Shown here piece by piece: positions 38,972-49,031 of a stretch of DNA of 54,671 nucleotides. Within the stretch, counting starts at the first letter, position 1; every line of letters begins with the position of its first letter. The translations under genes and the position numbers were made by a program. The DNA lies in assembly GCA_964353465.1 (NCBI GenBank), contig CAYGWQ010000004.1, positions 1-54,671 on the forward strand. The letters are read 5' to 3'. Source of the stretch: an uncultured Acidobacteriota bacterium (GTDB taxonomy: Bacteria; Acidobacteriota; UBA6911). The notes below the pieces were generated by a model that made no database searches, had not been told where the DNA came from, and was given only the letters and a program-made list of their open reading frames with translations.

Positions 38972-40996
38972 ATGAAAGGTAGCAGAGTTTTATGGATGGC
39001 GCCGTTGTTGCTGGTCCTGGCAGGGCCGGCCCAGGGGGGCGAACCGCCCGCCGAGGAGTACTACTTCGCGATCGAAATCAACGGGACCGTCTGTGGCTAT
39101 AGCAAGTTCACGACTGCACCGCTGTTGCAGGACGGCAGAAATATGCTCCTGTTGAAGCACGAGATCCTGATGCGAGTCGCCGCACTGGGGAGCCAGGCCG
39201 AAAGCAGGCTCAACCTGACGTATCACATCGATCCTGCCACAGGTCGTTTCACCTACCATGACAGCACCATCGAGCAGGGAGAGATGCAGCTGTTTTCCAA
39301 AATCCGCATCGAAGGCGGGCAGGCATTCGTCTCCGGAAGCGGGATCAGCCAGGAACAGGTTGTTCCGCTTCCGCCGGATGTGGTGCTGGCCAACACTTTA
39401 TTTTATCCGCATCTCGTGGCGGATTTTGTCGGCCGCAAGTTGGAGGTCAAGACCTACCAGATCTTCGACGGGCGGGACGCCCAGGTTCAGGAAACCACGT
39501 ATACGAAGATTGGAACCGAGACGGTCCGGCGCGCCGGCAAGACGTATGAAACCATCGTTCTCGACTCATTGAACAAGTGGAACGGATTGAAATCGAAGCT
39601 GTGGCTGGATACCGCAACGGGCATCGGCGTGCAGACGCAACATCCTAACCGGCTGTCGTACCTGGCCGACGCCGCGGTGATGCAGGCGCTCCAGACTGCC
39701 AATCTGGACTCGAACCTTCTAGTCAAAGCAAACGTCTCCATCCCGAATGTCAAAGGAATTTCCTACATGAAGGTGCGCGCCACCATCGAACCTACCGGCC
39801 TGTGGGTGTCGCCGGAGGCGCTCAACGTGCAGGGACAGCGGTTCACCGGCACCGTCAAGGACAATCTCGTGGAAGGCGAGTTTGAGGTCGAGCATCGCCG
39901 TTATGATGGTTCGAAGGCGCCGCCGTTCCCGCCCGATTTCAGCCGGGACCCTGCGATGAAGGATTACCTCGTGCCATCGGAATTGATCCAATCGGACGAT
40001 CCGGTCCTGGCGGAGAAGGCACGGGAAATCACGAAGGGATCCCGTGATTCCTGGGAAGCTGGGCGCCGGCTGAGCCGCTGGGTCTCCGAGAATATCCAAG
40101 GCGCGATTCCCGGCGGCGGCACGGCCCGGGGCGTGTACGACTCACGCAGTGGAGAATGCGGAGGCCACTCGTTCCTGATGGCGGCGTTCTGCCGGGCAGT
40201 CGGGATTCCCGCGCGCGTGGTCTGGGGGTGCCTGCATATACCTGACCGCGGAGGAATTTTCGGCCAGCATGCCTGGAACGAGATCTATATGGGCGAAGCT
40301 GGCTGGATCCCCGTCGATACGACAGTCGGGGAAATCGACTACGTCGATTCGGGACACATCCGCATCGGGCTTCACCAGTCCACTACTACGGCGCTGAATG
40401 CGCGCAAGATGGAGATCCTCGATTACCGGATCGGCTCGGGCGGCCCTGCGGAACCGCAGACCTCGACCGAAGCGAAATTCGAGAAATACCTGGGGGAATA
40501 CACGCACAGCAGCCGGGGCAAGGCGCAGGTTATCGTTAAGGAGGGATCGCTGGTTCTGGACATTCCGGGGAAGATAGCCCTCGCACTAAAGGATCCGGAC
40601 GAAAAGGGAATCTGGCAGAGCAAGCTAACCGACAGCGTCTATGTCACCTTCGGGGGGACAGATTCGGGCGCGATCACCGAAGCTCGCATTCACGAACTCC
40701 TGCCGATGCGCCGCACCGGGCCGCTCGATGCGCCGGCGGCGGATGTGCCCGCCGAGCTCCGGGGCTATCCCGGGAAATACCTGCTAGTGCAAGCGCAGGC
40801 CGAGTTCCTGGTTCAATATGAAGGCGGAGTCCTTCTCCTGAATAACCTGGCGGCGAAGCGGATCATTCGTCTGAAGCCTCAGGGCAATGAAGGCCGCTGG
40901 CAGGACGAGTCCGGTAATCTGTCCCTCCGTTTTTTAGATGGCAAGGGAGAGGCAGAGTCGCTGATCATGGAGTCTGTTACCCGTTTCCGAAGATAG
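38972..40996 (+). CDS. Secreted transglutaminase-like protein with two C-terminal DUF3471-like repeats
   Basis: Signal peptide; GECGGHS...RAVGIPARVV.G, HAWNEIY, WIPVDTT (Cys-His-Asp triad); KYLGEY and GYPGKY repeats. Confidence 0.82.
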   Translation: MKGSRVLWMAPLLLVLAGPAQGGEPPAEEYYFAIEINGTVCGYSKFTTAPLLQDGRNMLLLKHEILMRVAALGSQAESRLNLTYHIDPATGRFTYHDSTIEQGEMQLFSKIRIEGGQAFVSGSGISQEQVVPLPPDVVLANTLFYPHLVADFVGRKLEVKTYQIFDGRDAQVQETTYTKIGTETVRRAGKTYETIVLDSLNKWNGLKSKLWLDTATGIGVQTQHPNRLSYLADAAVMQALQTANLDSNLLVKANVSIPNVKGISYMKVRATIEPTGLWVSPEALNVQGQRFTGTVKDNLVEGEFEVEHRRYDGSKAPPFPPDFSRDPAMKDYLVPSELIQSDDPVLAEKAREITKGSRDSWEAGRRLSRWVSENIQGAIPGGGTARGVYDSRSGECGGHSFLMAAFCRAVGIPARVVWGCLHIPDRGGIFGQHAWNEIYMGEAGWIPVDTTVGEIDYVDSGHIRIGLHQSTTTALNARKMEILDYRIGSGGPAEPQTSTEAKFEKYLGEYTHSSRGKAQVIVKEGSLVLDIPGKIALALKDPDEKGIWQSKLTDSVYVTFGGTDSGAITEARIHELLPMRRTGPLDAPAADVPAELRGYPGKYLLVQAQAEFLVQYEGGVLLLNNLAAKRIIRLKPQGNEGRWQDESGNLSLRFLDGKGEAESLIMESVTRFRR

Positions 40997-41084
40997 GCCG
41001 GGTTCGGGCCGTCGGTCGAGAAAGGGAGGCTACAAGCCGGATTTGGATCAGTGGATATTGCTGGACATCCAGGGGAATGAAAGC

Positions 41085-41145
41085 GCGCGGGCTGAAGCTC
41101 GCGCTCACTAAACTCATTACCTGGGGACAGGCTTCAGCCCGTCCC
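41085..41145. repeat. Pair of inverted REP-like hairpins
   Basis: GCGCGGGCTGAAGCTCGCGC and GGGACAGGCTTCAGCCCGTCCC; GGGCTGAAGC / GCTTCAGCCC is an exact 10-bp IR. Confidence 0.55.
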
Positions 41146-41190
41146 AGCGAAAATGTCACCAAAATCTGTTATCGAAGCAGGAGCAATCAT

Positions 41191-41475
41191 ATGAATTACA
41201 CAAACCTTGCATTATCGATTCTGGTTGTGGCCGTGATATGGCATGTCACGGCAACCATGATGATCTATGAAGCCTTGCGGAAGAGGAGTCTAAAGGTGAG
41301 CTTCATCTTGTTGCGTTTGCTGGCTCCGAAATACGCATCGCAATACCGAGAAATCACCCGGAAGGAGACAGGCAAAACCGGGGCTCTATTCTGTCACTGG
41401 ATTGTCTCGATCAACACGGCACTGGTTGCAGCGATTCTGCTCATTCTGGACCAGATCAGCCGGGGGCGATCCTGA
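41191..41475 (+). CDS. Small hypothetical membrane protein
   Basis: SD AGGAG, two TM segments, YREIT.KETGKTG.LF loop. Confidence 0.7.
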   Translation: MNYTNLALSILVVAVIWHVTATMMIYEALRKRSLKVSFILLRLLAPKYASQYREITRKETGKTGALFCHWIVSINTALVAAILLILDQISRGRS

Positions 41476-41824
41476 AGGGCATGCAATCGATGTCAGGGGT
41501 GAATGGCGCTTGTTGATCTTTGCATTTTATGGAGACGGTGGAGGTGGGGTGGAAAGCGTGCACCCACTGCGGCAAGATGCTTTCACCTTCAGCCGCCCGC
41601 AGTCCGGATTAGAAAGAGTACAACCGGCGGGAAAACCTACGCCCTGTATAAGGCAACCTTGAAGGAAAGGCCGGAGATCCCCTCGCCCTTTCGAGCCGAG
41701 AACGGACTTGACATTCTGTCGCAGCACTTCATCCGCGATTCCCGACAGCGGAACGGGATCATGGTCAGAGATGGAAAGGAACGCCCGGCAAGCCGGCACG
41801 CACCGCCCCGATCTCCCGCATCAA

Positions 41825-41894
41825 TTCTACATGTGTAGAAAATGTTCTTGACACCGCCGGGGCCCTCATGCGAATATTTCTACAATTGTAGAAA
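41825..41894 (+). promoter_or_regulatory. Promoter with two BlaI/MecI-type operators
   Basis: TTCTACATGTGTAGAA (41825-41840), TTGACA (41848-41853), TTTCTACAATTGTAGAAA (41877-41894) abutting the SD AAGGAG. Confidence 0.88.
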
Positions 41895-41905
41895 GGAGCA
41901 TTTCA

Positions 41906-43042
41906 ATGAAATTGAGCGAAGGGGAATGGGCTACATTGCGCGTCTCGTTCCTCATCCTTACCCTGATGGTCCTGGGCGCCGCATCGTGCAGTCGTGACCG
42001 GCGCCCGTTGGATGTCCGTCTCCAGGAAGCTCTCAACGATGGGCTCCGGAAATACGATGTGAAAGGTGCATCCGCGGCGCTGATATTTCCGGACCAGAGT
42101 ATCCGGCTCGTGGTGGGAGGCGTATCCCACGATGCTATACCCATTCGGCCGGACATGCTGTTTGCCATCGGGAGCATCACGAAGAACGTGGTCGCCGCCC
42201 TGGTTTTCAAGCTTGCCGAGGAGGGGGTGCTGTCCCTGGAGGATCCGTTGCACAAATGGCTGCCGGCGTATCCCAAGGTCGACGGCGCCATCACGATCCG
42301 ACAATTGCTCGCCCACACTAGTGGTCTCTATATGTTCTGGGAGAACCAGAAGATCTGGGACGACCTTATCAAATACCGGGACAGGATTTTTACTCCGGAA
42401 GAAGTGCTGTCGTACCTGAAAGACCCCCACTTCCCGCCCGGCAAGGGATTCCGCTATTCGAACACGAACTACCTGCTGCTTGCGATGATCCTAACCCGCG
42501 CGACCGGCGCCGGTCTCTCCACCGAGTTCCGAAGGCGTTTCTGGCAGCCGCTGGGCCTCAGCAATGCCTATCTGTCCCTGGAGGAACAGATCCCCGGCCG
42601 GCTGGCTCATGTCTGGGGAGATAATTTCGAAAAAGATGGATCGTTTCGAGACATCACATTTCTGCCCCGTGCGTCCCATGAGAGCATTACATATGGCTCG
42701 GCCGGCCTCTTCATGACTGCGGAAGACCTCGCCCGCTGGTGCCGCCTCCTCTTTGAGGGGAAGGTGCTGCGGCAGTCATCGCTGGACGAGATGCTGACTA
42801 TCGGCAAGGACGGATACGGGTTGGGAGTGCAGGTCTTCCGCAAAGGTCTTGTGGACGGAGAGAAAGCAATCGGTCATGGAGGCGCCAACATAGGAACTGC
42901 TGCCTATATGATGTATTTGCCGGAGCACCGAATGAGCATCGTGCTGATGATCAACGCATTCAACAACAAATGCATTAACCACATCACCGAGGATCTGGTG
43001 AGTATCAGCACGGAATACCTGTCGTCACACGAAGCAAGATGA
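41906..43042 (+). CDS. Serine hydrolase of the beta-lactamase class C / D,D-carboxypeptidase family, probable lipoprotein
   Basis: GSITK (SxxK), LLAHTSG, YSN (YxN), GHGG; GAASC lipobox-like. Confidence 0.88.
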   Translation: MKLSEGEWATLRVSFLILTLMVLGAASCSRDRRPLDVRLQEALNDGLRKYDVKGASAALIFPDQSIRLVVGGVSHDAIPIRPDMLFAIGSITKNVVAALVFKLAEEGVLSLEDPLHKWLPAYPKVDGAITIRQLLAHTSGLYMFWENQKIWDDLIKYRDRIFTPEEVLSYLKDPHFPPGKGFRYSNTNYLLLAMILTRATGAGLSTEFRRRFWQPLGLSNAYLSLEEQIPGRLAHVWGDNFEKDGSFRDITFLPRASHESITYGSAGLFMTAEDLARWCRLLFEGKVLRQSSLDEMLTIGKDGYGLGVQVFRKGLVDGEKAIGHGGANIGTAAYMMYLPEHRMSIVLMINAFNNKCINHITEDLVSISTEYLSSHEAR

Positions 43043-43362
43043 GGATAATGGTCCCGGTGTTTCATCATCTGTCCAAGCCGGACGAGTTCATGCAGAACAC
43101 GCTCCAGTATTTGAAGCCGGACGGCCGCCTGGTTATCACTGTGGTCCTGAACAAACGCAATCCGCAAGCCAAGCCCCGCACGTCCACCCAAAACGATCCG
43201 TGCGTAAGCGATCCCGAGGAAACGAAGAGGGCCATCGAAAAGATGGGTTTCGCCTTCGAGAAGGTCGCCATGCATGACGATCCCAATCCAAGCGTGACCG
43301 TCATCTTTTCCCGTTGCCCGGCGGATTTGCGGGAAATGGCCGCCATTTCCATGCAGCAGTGA
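43039..43362 (+). pseudogene. C-terminal half of a class I SAM-dependent methyltransferase
   Basis: VFHHL..P...........LKPDGRLVI and .GF motifs; the SAM-binding motif I is absent. Confidence 0.55.
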
Positions 43363-43411
43363 GCATTGCGGCACCCGGTGATGCCGGCATGTCCTCGGTC
43401 TCCGGCAGCAA

Positions 43412-43481
43412 TTCTACAATTGTAGAAAGAGTTCTTGACAGGGGCGGCGCACGCGTGAGAAACTTTCTACAGATGTAGAAA
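43412..43481 (+). promoter_or_regulatory. Promoter with two BlaI/MecI-type operators (autoregulation of blaI)
   Basis: TTCTACAATTGTAGAA (43412-43427), TTGACA (43435-43440), TTTCTACAGATGTAGAAA (43464-43481) abutting the SD. Confidence 0.88.
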
Positions 43482-43493
43482 GGAGTGATCCCG

Positions 43494-43874
43494 ATGAGAT
43501 TGAGTGAAGCGGAATGGCAGATCATGAAAGCGCTGTGGCGCTGCCAGCCGGCTACGGTCCGGGACCTGATCGAGCATCTGCCTCCCGATGTGGACTGGGC
43601 CTACACCACGGTCAAGACGATGCTGACACGCCTGGAAGCCAAGAAGGCCGTCAGCGAGCGCAAGACTAAGAACGTCAGCGTCTACGAAGCCCTCGTATCA
43701 CCCCAGACGGCCCGGGGCAGTGCTTGGAGCAATTTCCTGAACCAGGCATTTGACGGTGCGATGGAGCCGCTGCTCCACTTCCTGGTCAGAGAGCGGAAGT
43801 TGACGAAAAAGCAGCGGCGCCAGCTGTCTCAGCTCCTCGAGGAGGAAGAGCTCAAAGAAAGGGGGAGGAAATGA
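43494..43874 (+). CDS. blaI: BlaI/MecI/CopY-family repressor
   Basis: LSEAEWQIMKALW...WAYTTVKTML.RL..K...F.G....LL..LV. Confidence 0.92.
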   Translation: MRLSEAEWQIMKALWRCQPATVRDLIEHLPPDVDWAYTTVKTMLTRLEAKKAVSERKTKNVSVYEALVSPQTARGSAWSNFLNQAFDGAMEPLLHFLVRERKLTKKQRRQLSQLLEEEELKERGRK

Positions 43875-45741
43875 TCGACCTCTGGAACCTCATTTCGTAT
43901 CAATGGTGGAACTGGATGGGATCCATGTTTTGGCAGGCCAGCCTGTTGATCCTGGTCGTGAGCGGCCTGGACTTGCTGATCCGGCGCTGGGTCTGGCCGC
44001 AGGTGCGGTATGTGCTCTGGTTGCTGATCTTCGTAAAGCTGCTGATACCCCCCGGCTGGCATCTCCCCACGGCGGTGGTTCCCCGGCTTTTCGGGGAGAC
44101 CCAGGAGCTGTTAGGCCGGGTCTGGGACCGGCAATTCCCCCTGCCGGCAGCGGCTCGGACAGCGGAATCGGCGCTGCCCGAGTCAGCTACAATCCCGCAG
44201 CCGGTGACCGGCCCCGGCCGGCCCGAAACGGTCCCCGCCGCATCTGCGCGGCTGCTGCCGCAAGCATACCTCTTTGCATTCTGGCTGGCGGGCATGGGCC
44301 TCTTTCTGTTCTTGTTGATCTTCAAGATGGTCAAACTTCGCCACTGGCACCGGCAACAGGAGGAGCGCAAGACCATTCCGCCGTGGTTCCACGAGCTGCT
44401 GGTCGAGACCAGCCGGCGCCTGAATCTGGAGCGGCTGCCCGCGATCGTTTTTTCCGGGGATGCGGTGACGCCCGCGGTGTATGGAGTGTTCCGGCCGGTG
44501 CTGCTGTTGCCGGAGCACTATCTGAATGACCTGAGCAGGAAGAAGCCGAGCATGTCCTGTTGCACGAGCTGTGTCACCTGAAGAGGGGAGACCTGTGGAT
44601 TCACGGCCTGGTCCTGCTGCTGCAGGTCGCGTACTGGTTCAACCCGTTTCTGTTGTGGGCTACGCGTCAGCTGCGCCATGTACGGGAGATGTGCTGTGAC
44701 CAGACCCTGGCTGCCCGGCTGCAGGATCGGACTGCCGCCTATCGGCAGACCCTGCTGAACACAGCGCGGGAGCTACTGACGGAAAGGATTGAGCCCGGGA
44801 TGGGCCTGCTGGGAGTGTTCGAAGAACCCTTCTGGCTGGTGGCGCGGATCCATTGGCTGGAGAAAAAAACCTGGCAGCATCGCAAGTCCATTGCAGCCAC
44901 GGCCACTCTTGTCATCCTGGGTATGGCGGTTCTGGTGATGCCCATGGCCGGCCGGCCCGCTGTGATAAGCCCTACCGGGGACCCGGCCGCCCCGGCTCCC
45001 TGGAGCCCGGCTTACGCTGTCCAGCAATATGCGGAAGCACCCGCTTCCGGAGCGGCGGTGAAGGCGGTGTACTGCCGCATGATCACGCGGGCGATCGACT
45101 ATTTCCTCTGGTTCGAGGCCGATGCGCGCTTCTTTGCCATGGAGGAAGGCTGGCATGCGCCCAACAAAATCGCACTGATCGAGGGAGGTCGCACTTTCAT
45201 TCTGGATAAGGAAAAGAACCGGTTCCTTTTTCTAAACCGCGACCGCAAAACCTATCTGGATGTCCCGCCGCCGGTGAGTCGGGCAACGGCATATTCTTCT
45301 GAACTCGCACGGTTTTTCGAGGAGCGCAAGAGGTCGGGGCGGGTGGAGTCCCTGGGCGATACACAACAGATCCAGGGCCGGGTGTGCAGGGGCCACCGCC
45401 TGATCGACTGGAGCGCCTACGGCGACGAACAGACGGAGCGTGCGGAAAACATCGTGTGGACCACCAACGATGTTCCTTTTAATGTCGCATTGTTCGACGA
45501 GGTGCTCGTCAACATGCGTCTGCTGGTTTCCAACAAGGATGAATCGCTTCTGCAGGAGATGCAGCAACGGATGAAGGGATTCCAGATGGGAATTGACTAT
45601 GAAACCCGGCGGTTCCCTTGGAGAACCCGGTATGTGATGCGCGAGGTGGAACTGGCCGAAAAACTCTTGCCCCCGGATGTCTTCCTCGTGCCGCCGGACT
45701 ATACCGGGCTCGAAAAGCTGGACGTCAAGAATCTTCGCTGA
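43871..45741 (+). pseudogene. BlaR1/MecR1-type M56 peptidase with a DUF4412-like C-terminal domain; frameshifted near 44539
   Basis: RYVLWLL...TPAVYGVFRPVLLLP in the first frame. Adding one G at AGG(G)AAGAA restores LSREEAEHVLLHELCHLKRGD...YWFNP...REMCCD. Confidence 0.85.
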
Positions 45742-45766
45742 GGATTTCGGTATTGGAGTGAGTGAA

Positions 45767-46354
45767 ATGAAACGCTGTGATGCAAGAAAGATATCGATGT
45801 TTTGCGCGGCGATGGCTGCCGCGGCCCTGACGGCCTTGATAGCCGGATTCGGCGCGGCGATCGGCTTGGCGGGAGACTCGAATATTCCGCGAGCGAGCGC
45901 GACGGACCGTTGGGAAAGTGTCCGCGCATTGATCCTGGAAAAAATGCAAAAGGATGGGCTTCCATCGGTGGCCGTGGCTGTCGCCTGGGATGGAAAGATT
46001 ATCTGGGGGGAGGCCTGGGGATGGGCGAACCTTGTGAAGAAGATCAAGGCAACTCCGCAGACCATGTATTCCCTGGCATCCGCCTCCAAACCGGTTACCG
46101 CCACGGGATTGATGGTCCTGGCTGAACGGCGACTTGTCGATATCGACAAGCCCGCCGACGATTACCTGGGACCCGTAAAGCTGACAGGCTATGCCGGCAA
46201 CGCTTCGCAGGCAACGGTCAGGCGGATCCTCCAACATGTAGCCGGGCTGCCCACGCACGTGAATGTCATTTTCGCGAATGGGCCCTACAAACGGCCGAGA
46301 AGGGTGTCAGGTCTCCAAGATCCAAATTTGGATTTTGGAGACCTGACACGATGA
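45767..46354 (+). pseudogene. Truncated beta-lactamase-family serine hydrolase (N-terminal third)
   Basis: Signal peptide, LASASK (SxxK), ILQHVAGL; homology is lost around 46295, before YxN and HxG. Confidence 0.78.
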
Positions 46355-46508
46355 GCGACTCGTCCAATCTGTGTGATCCCGTACTCTACCGTATCCTGCC
46401 ATTCGTAGCAGTCCCGCAAATCCGATTTCCGTGCTATCCTAGGCCGTCCTGAAGGTATTTTTTTACGAATGACCATTCGTCGTTTTGTGCAGAATGAGGA
46501 GATCGCCA

Positions 46509-48932
46509 GTGAATAGAAATCCAGCGTTCCGTCCCATACCGGCGTTGTTGATATGCTTCGTCTTATCCCTTTTCAGCCCGGCTCGCGCGCAGCAGCCGAA
46601 AACCGCTGCTCCTGCCGCAGTTTCCCAGATCAACACGGGCTTGACTGCAGTCGCGGGTGTCGATCGGGTCGTGGTGCTTCCCGGGAAAACCTACCTCAAT
46701 GGCTATACAGGCTATGGCTTTCCGCCGAGACAGGACCGGCGACGGGGCGCTCCAGTCGCGCCCGCTGTTCCTCCCGGACCCGCGCCGGCCACAACCTGGA
46801 GCAAGACATCAGGTCCCGGCAAGGTCGCATTTGCAGATGCGAAGTCACCGGTGACCACCGCCACTTTCTCCACTCCAGGCAACTATGTGCTTCAGTTGAC
46901 CGCCGATAACGGCCAAACGAAGGCTGCTTCCACCCTGAATGTCAAGGTGGTGACAGCGCCGCCCTCGGCCCACCTGGATGCGGTTTATACCAAACATTTC
47001 AAGATTGACAATCCTCTGTGGAGCGCCCGGGCAAGGGCCCTGATGGTGAACTGGATTCCCCATTGCATCGATCAGATCAACCGGACCGACCTGCAGCAGG
47101 GGCCGGGGGGCATCGATAATTTTGTGGAAGCCGCCAAAGCCATGGCGGGCCTTCCCCACGGAAATCACAAGGGGTATGTGTTCTCGAATGCCTGGGTGCA
47201 CCAGACGGTGGAGGCGATGAGTATCGCGCTCATGATCGATCCCCAGGGGGACGCGGAGATCATCAGGGCCCATGCGAAAATGAGAGCGACGCTCGACGAC
47301 TGGATTCCCAAGATCCTGGCCGCGCAGGGGAAAGATGGATATCTGCAGACGGCATTTGCGCTGCCTCGCCTGGGCGGGCGCGGCAACGTGGAGCCGGGAC
47401 CGTTTGAGCGCTGGGCGCGGCGGGGCGATCACGAGGGATACACCGCCGGGTATTTCCTGGAATCGGCCATCAACCATTACCTGATGACCGACAAAAAGGA
47501 TGCCAGGCTGTACAACGCGGCCAAGAAACTAGCCGATTGCTGGTACGACAACCTTGGGCCGGCTCCCAAGAAGGAATGGTACGACGGCCACCAGGAAATG
47601 GAACAGGCACTCGTGCGCTTCGGCCGATTCGTCAATGACATGGAGGGCGAAGGCAAAGGCGAGAGATACATCCAGTTGGCAAAATTCCTGCTCGACTCAC
47701 GCAAGAACGGCAGCGAATACGACCAGAGCCACGTGCCGGTCATTCAGCAGTACGAAGCGGTCGGGCATGCGGTGCGCGCCGTGTATTCCTACTCGGGCAT
47801 GGCCGATGTAGCCGTGGAGACCCATGACACCGACTATCAGAGCGCCGTCATGTCGCTCTGGGACAACATTGTCAACAAGAAGTATTACGTGACCGGCGGC
47901 GTCGGCAGCGGTGAGACCTCTGAGGGTTTCGGGCCGAACTATTCGCTGCGCAACAACGCGTACTGCGAATCCTGCTCGAGCTGCGGCGCGATCTTCTTCC
48001 AGTACAAGATGAACCTTGCCTATCGCAATGCCAAATATGCAGACCTGTACGAGGAGACACTCTACAATGCCCTGCTGGGAGGGGTGGATCTCGAAGGCAA
48101 GAATTTCTACTATACCAACGCGCTGGAGTCCAATTCAGCGCGCTACCCCTGGCACTCCTGCCCGTGCTGCGTTGGCAACATACCCCGGACCCTGCTCATG
48201 CTCCCCACCTGGATGTATGCCAAAAGCGCCGACGGCATCTATGTCAACCTTTTTGTCGGCAGCACCGCAACCGTGGAGAATGTTGCCGGCACCGATGTAG
48301 AGATGGTGCAGGCGACGGACTATCCCTGGAACGGCAAAGTCGACATCACGGTGAATCCTAAGGCGCGCAAGAGATTCAGCGTCCGGATCCGGGTGCCCGA
48401 CCGCAGCGTCAGCGACCTGTATCAAAGCTCGCCGAACGCCGACGGCATCACTGCGATTTCGGTCAACGGTGCGGCCGTGAAGCCGGCCATCACCAACGGC
48501 TATGCTGTGATTACCCGCGCATGGCGAGCCGGGGACAAAGTCAGTCTGACTCTTCCCATGAAGGTCCAGCGCGTCACCGCCAGCAGGAAGATCTTAGCCA
48601 CTCAAGACAAAGTGGCCCTGCGATATGGTCCTTTGGTCTACAACATCGAAAGCGCCGATCAGGATATTACCCGTGTACTGAGTCCCGGGTCGCCGCTGAC
48701 CGCTGAGTGGAGGGGAGACCTTCTGGGCGGAGTCATGGTCATCAAAGGCGCATTTGCCGACGGCTCCGCGCTGCTGGCCATTCCCAATTATGCCCGGAAC
48801 AATCGCCTTCCGGAGGCTGCCCCTCCTGCACCCCAAGTTGTTGTTGTGGTTGCGCCCCAGGCTCTTGCCGGCTTTGCGCAGCGCCCGGCTCCGCGTCCTC
48901 CCACCTCGATCGTATGGATCAAGGCGCGCTGA
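46509..48932 (+). CDS. Secreted GH127 beta-L-arabinofuranosidase-like protein with an N-terminal PKD-like domain
   Basis: HEGY.AG...E, GHQE.EQAL, GHAVRA.Y.YSGMAD, YCESC, CPCC..N, YGPLVY; WSKTSGPG...G.YVLQLT (PKD-like). Confidence 0.88.
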   Translation: MNRNPAFRPIPALLICFVLSLFSPARAQQPKTAAPAAVSQINTGLTAVAGVDRVVVLPGKTYLNGYTGYGFPPRQDRRRGAPVAPAVPPGPAPATTWSKTSGPGKVAFADAKSPVTTATFSTPGNYVLQLTADNGQTKAASTLNVKVVTAPPSAHLDAVYTKHFKIDNPLWSARARALMVNWIPHCIDQINRTDLQQGPGGIDNFVEAAKAMAGLPHGNHKGYVFSNAWVHQTVEAMSIALMIDPQGDAEIIRAHAKMRATLDDWIPKILAAQGKDGYLQTAFALPRLGGRGNVEPGPFERWARRGDHEGYTAGYFLESAINHYLMTDKKDARLYNAAKKLADCWYDNLGPAPKKEWYDGHQEMEQALVRFGRFVNDMEGEGKGERYIQLAKFLLDSRKNGSEYDQSHVPVIQQYEAVGHAVRAVYSYSGMADVAVETHDTDYQSAVMSLWDNIVNKKYYVTGGVGSGETSEGFGPNYSLRNNAYCESCSSCGAIFFQYKMNLAYRNAKYADLYEETLYNALLGGVDLEGKNFYYTNALESNSARYPWHSCPCCVGNIPRTLLMLPTWMYAKSADGIYVNLFVGSTATVENVAGTDVEMVQATDYPWNGKVDITVNPKARKRFSVRIRVPDRSVSDLYQSSPNADGITAISVNGAAVKPAITNGYAVITRAWRAGDKVSLTLPMKVQRVTASRKILATQDKVALRYGPLVYNIESADQDITRVLSPGSPLTAEWRGDLLGGVMVIKGAFADGSALLAIPNYARNNRLPEAAPPAPQVVVVVAPQALAGFAQRPAPRPPTSIVWIKAR

Positions 48933-49031
48933 TTTCCGCGGAAATCGTCCAGGCTCCTGTCACACGGGAGCCTGGATGCGTTTGCCGGCACGCTGGAAAG
49001 CCATGCGGCACCCAAGTAGGCCCCGGCCGCC

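Noticed and set aside
41476-41820. ORF 41503-41838 and a short WKACTHCGKML zinc-ribbon-like reading in another frame
   Set aside because: No coherent start, family motif or consistent frame; possibly debris, but not supportable.
41823-43481. AATTCTAC-N4-GTAGA motifs resemble the Cas12a crRNA handle, and each pair encloses about 37 nt like a mini CRISPR array
   Set aside because: No cas genes are present, the enclosed DNA contains TTGACA at a fixed position, the motifs abut SD sequences, and a BlaI gene with the matching TACA/TGTA specificity is adjacent. Operators explain everything.
44531-44545. Programmed ribosomal frameshift or phase variation in the M56 gene
   Set aside because: No X-XXY-YYZ slippery heptamer or long homopolymer at the site.
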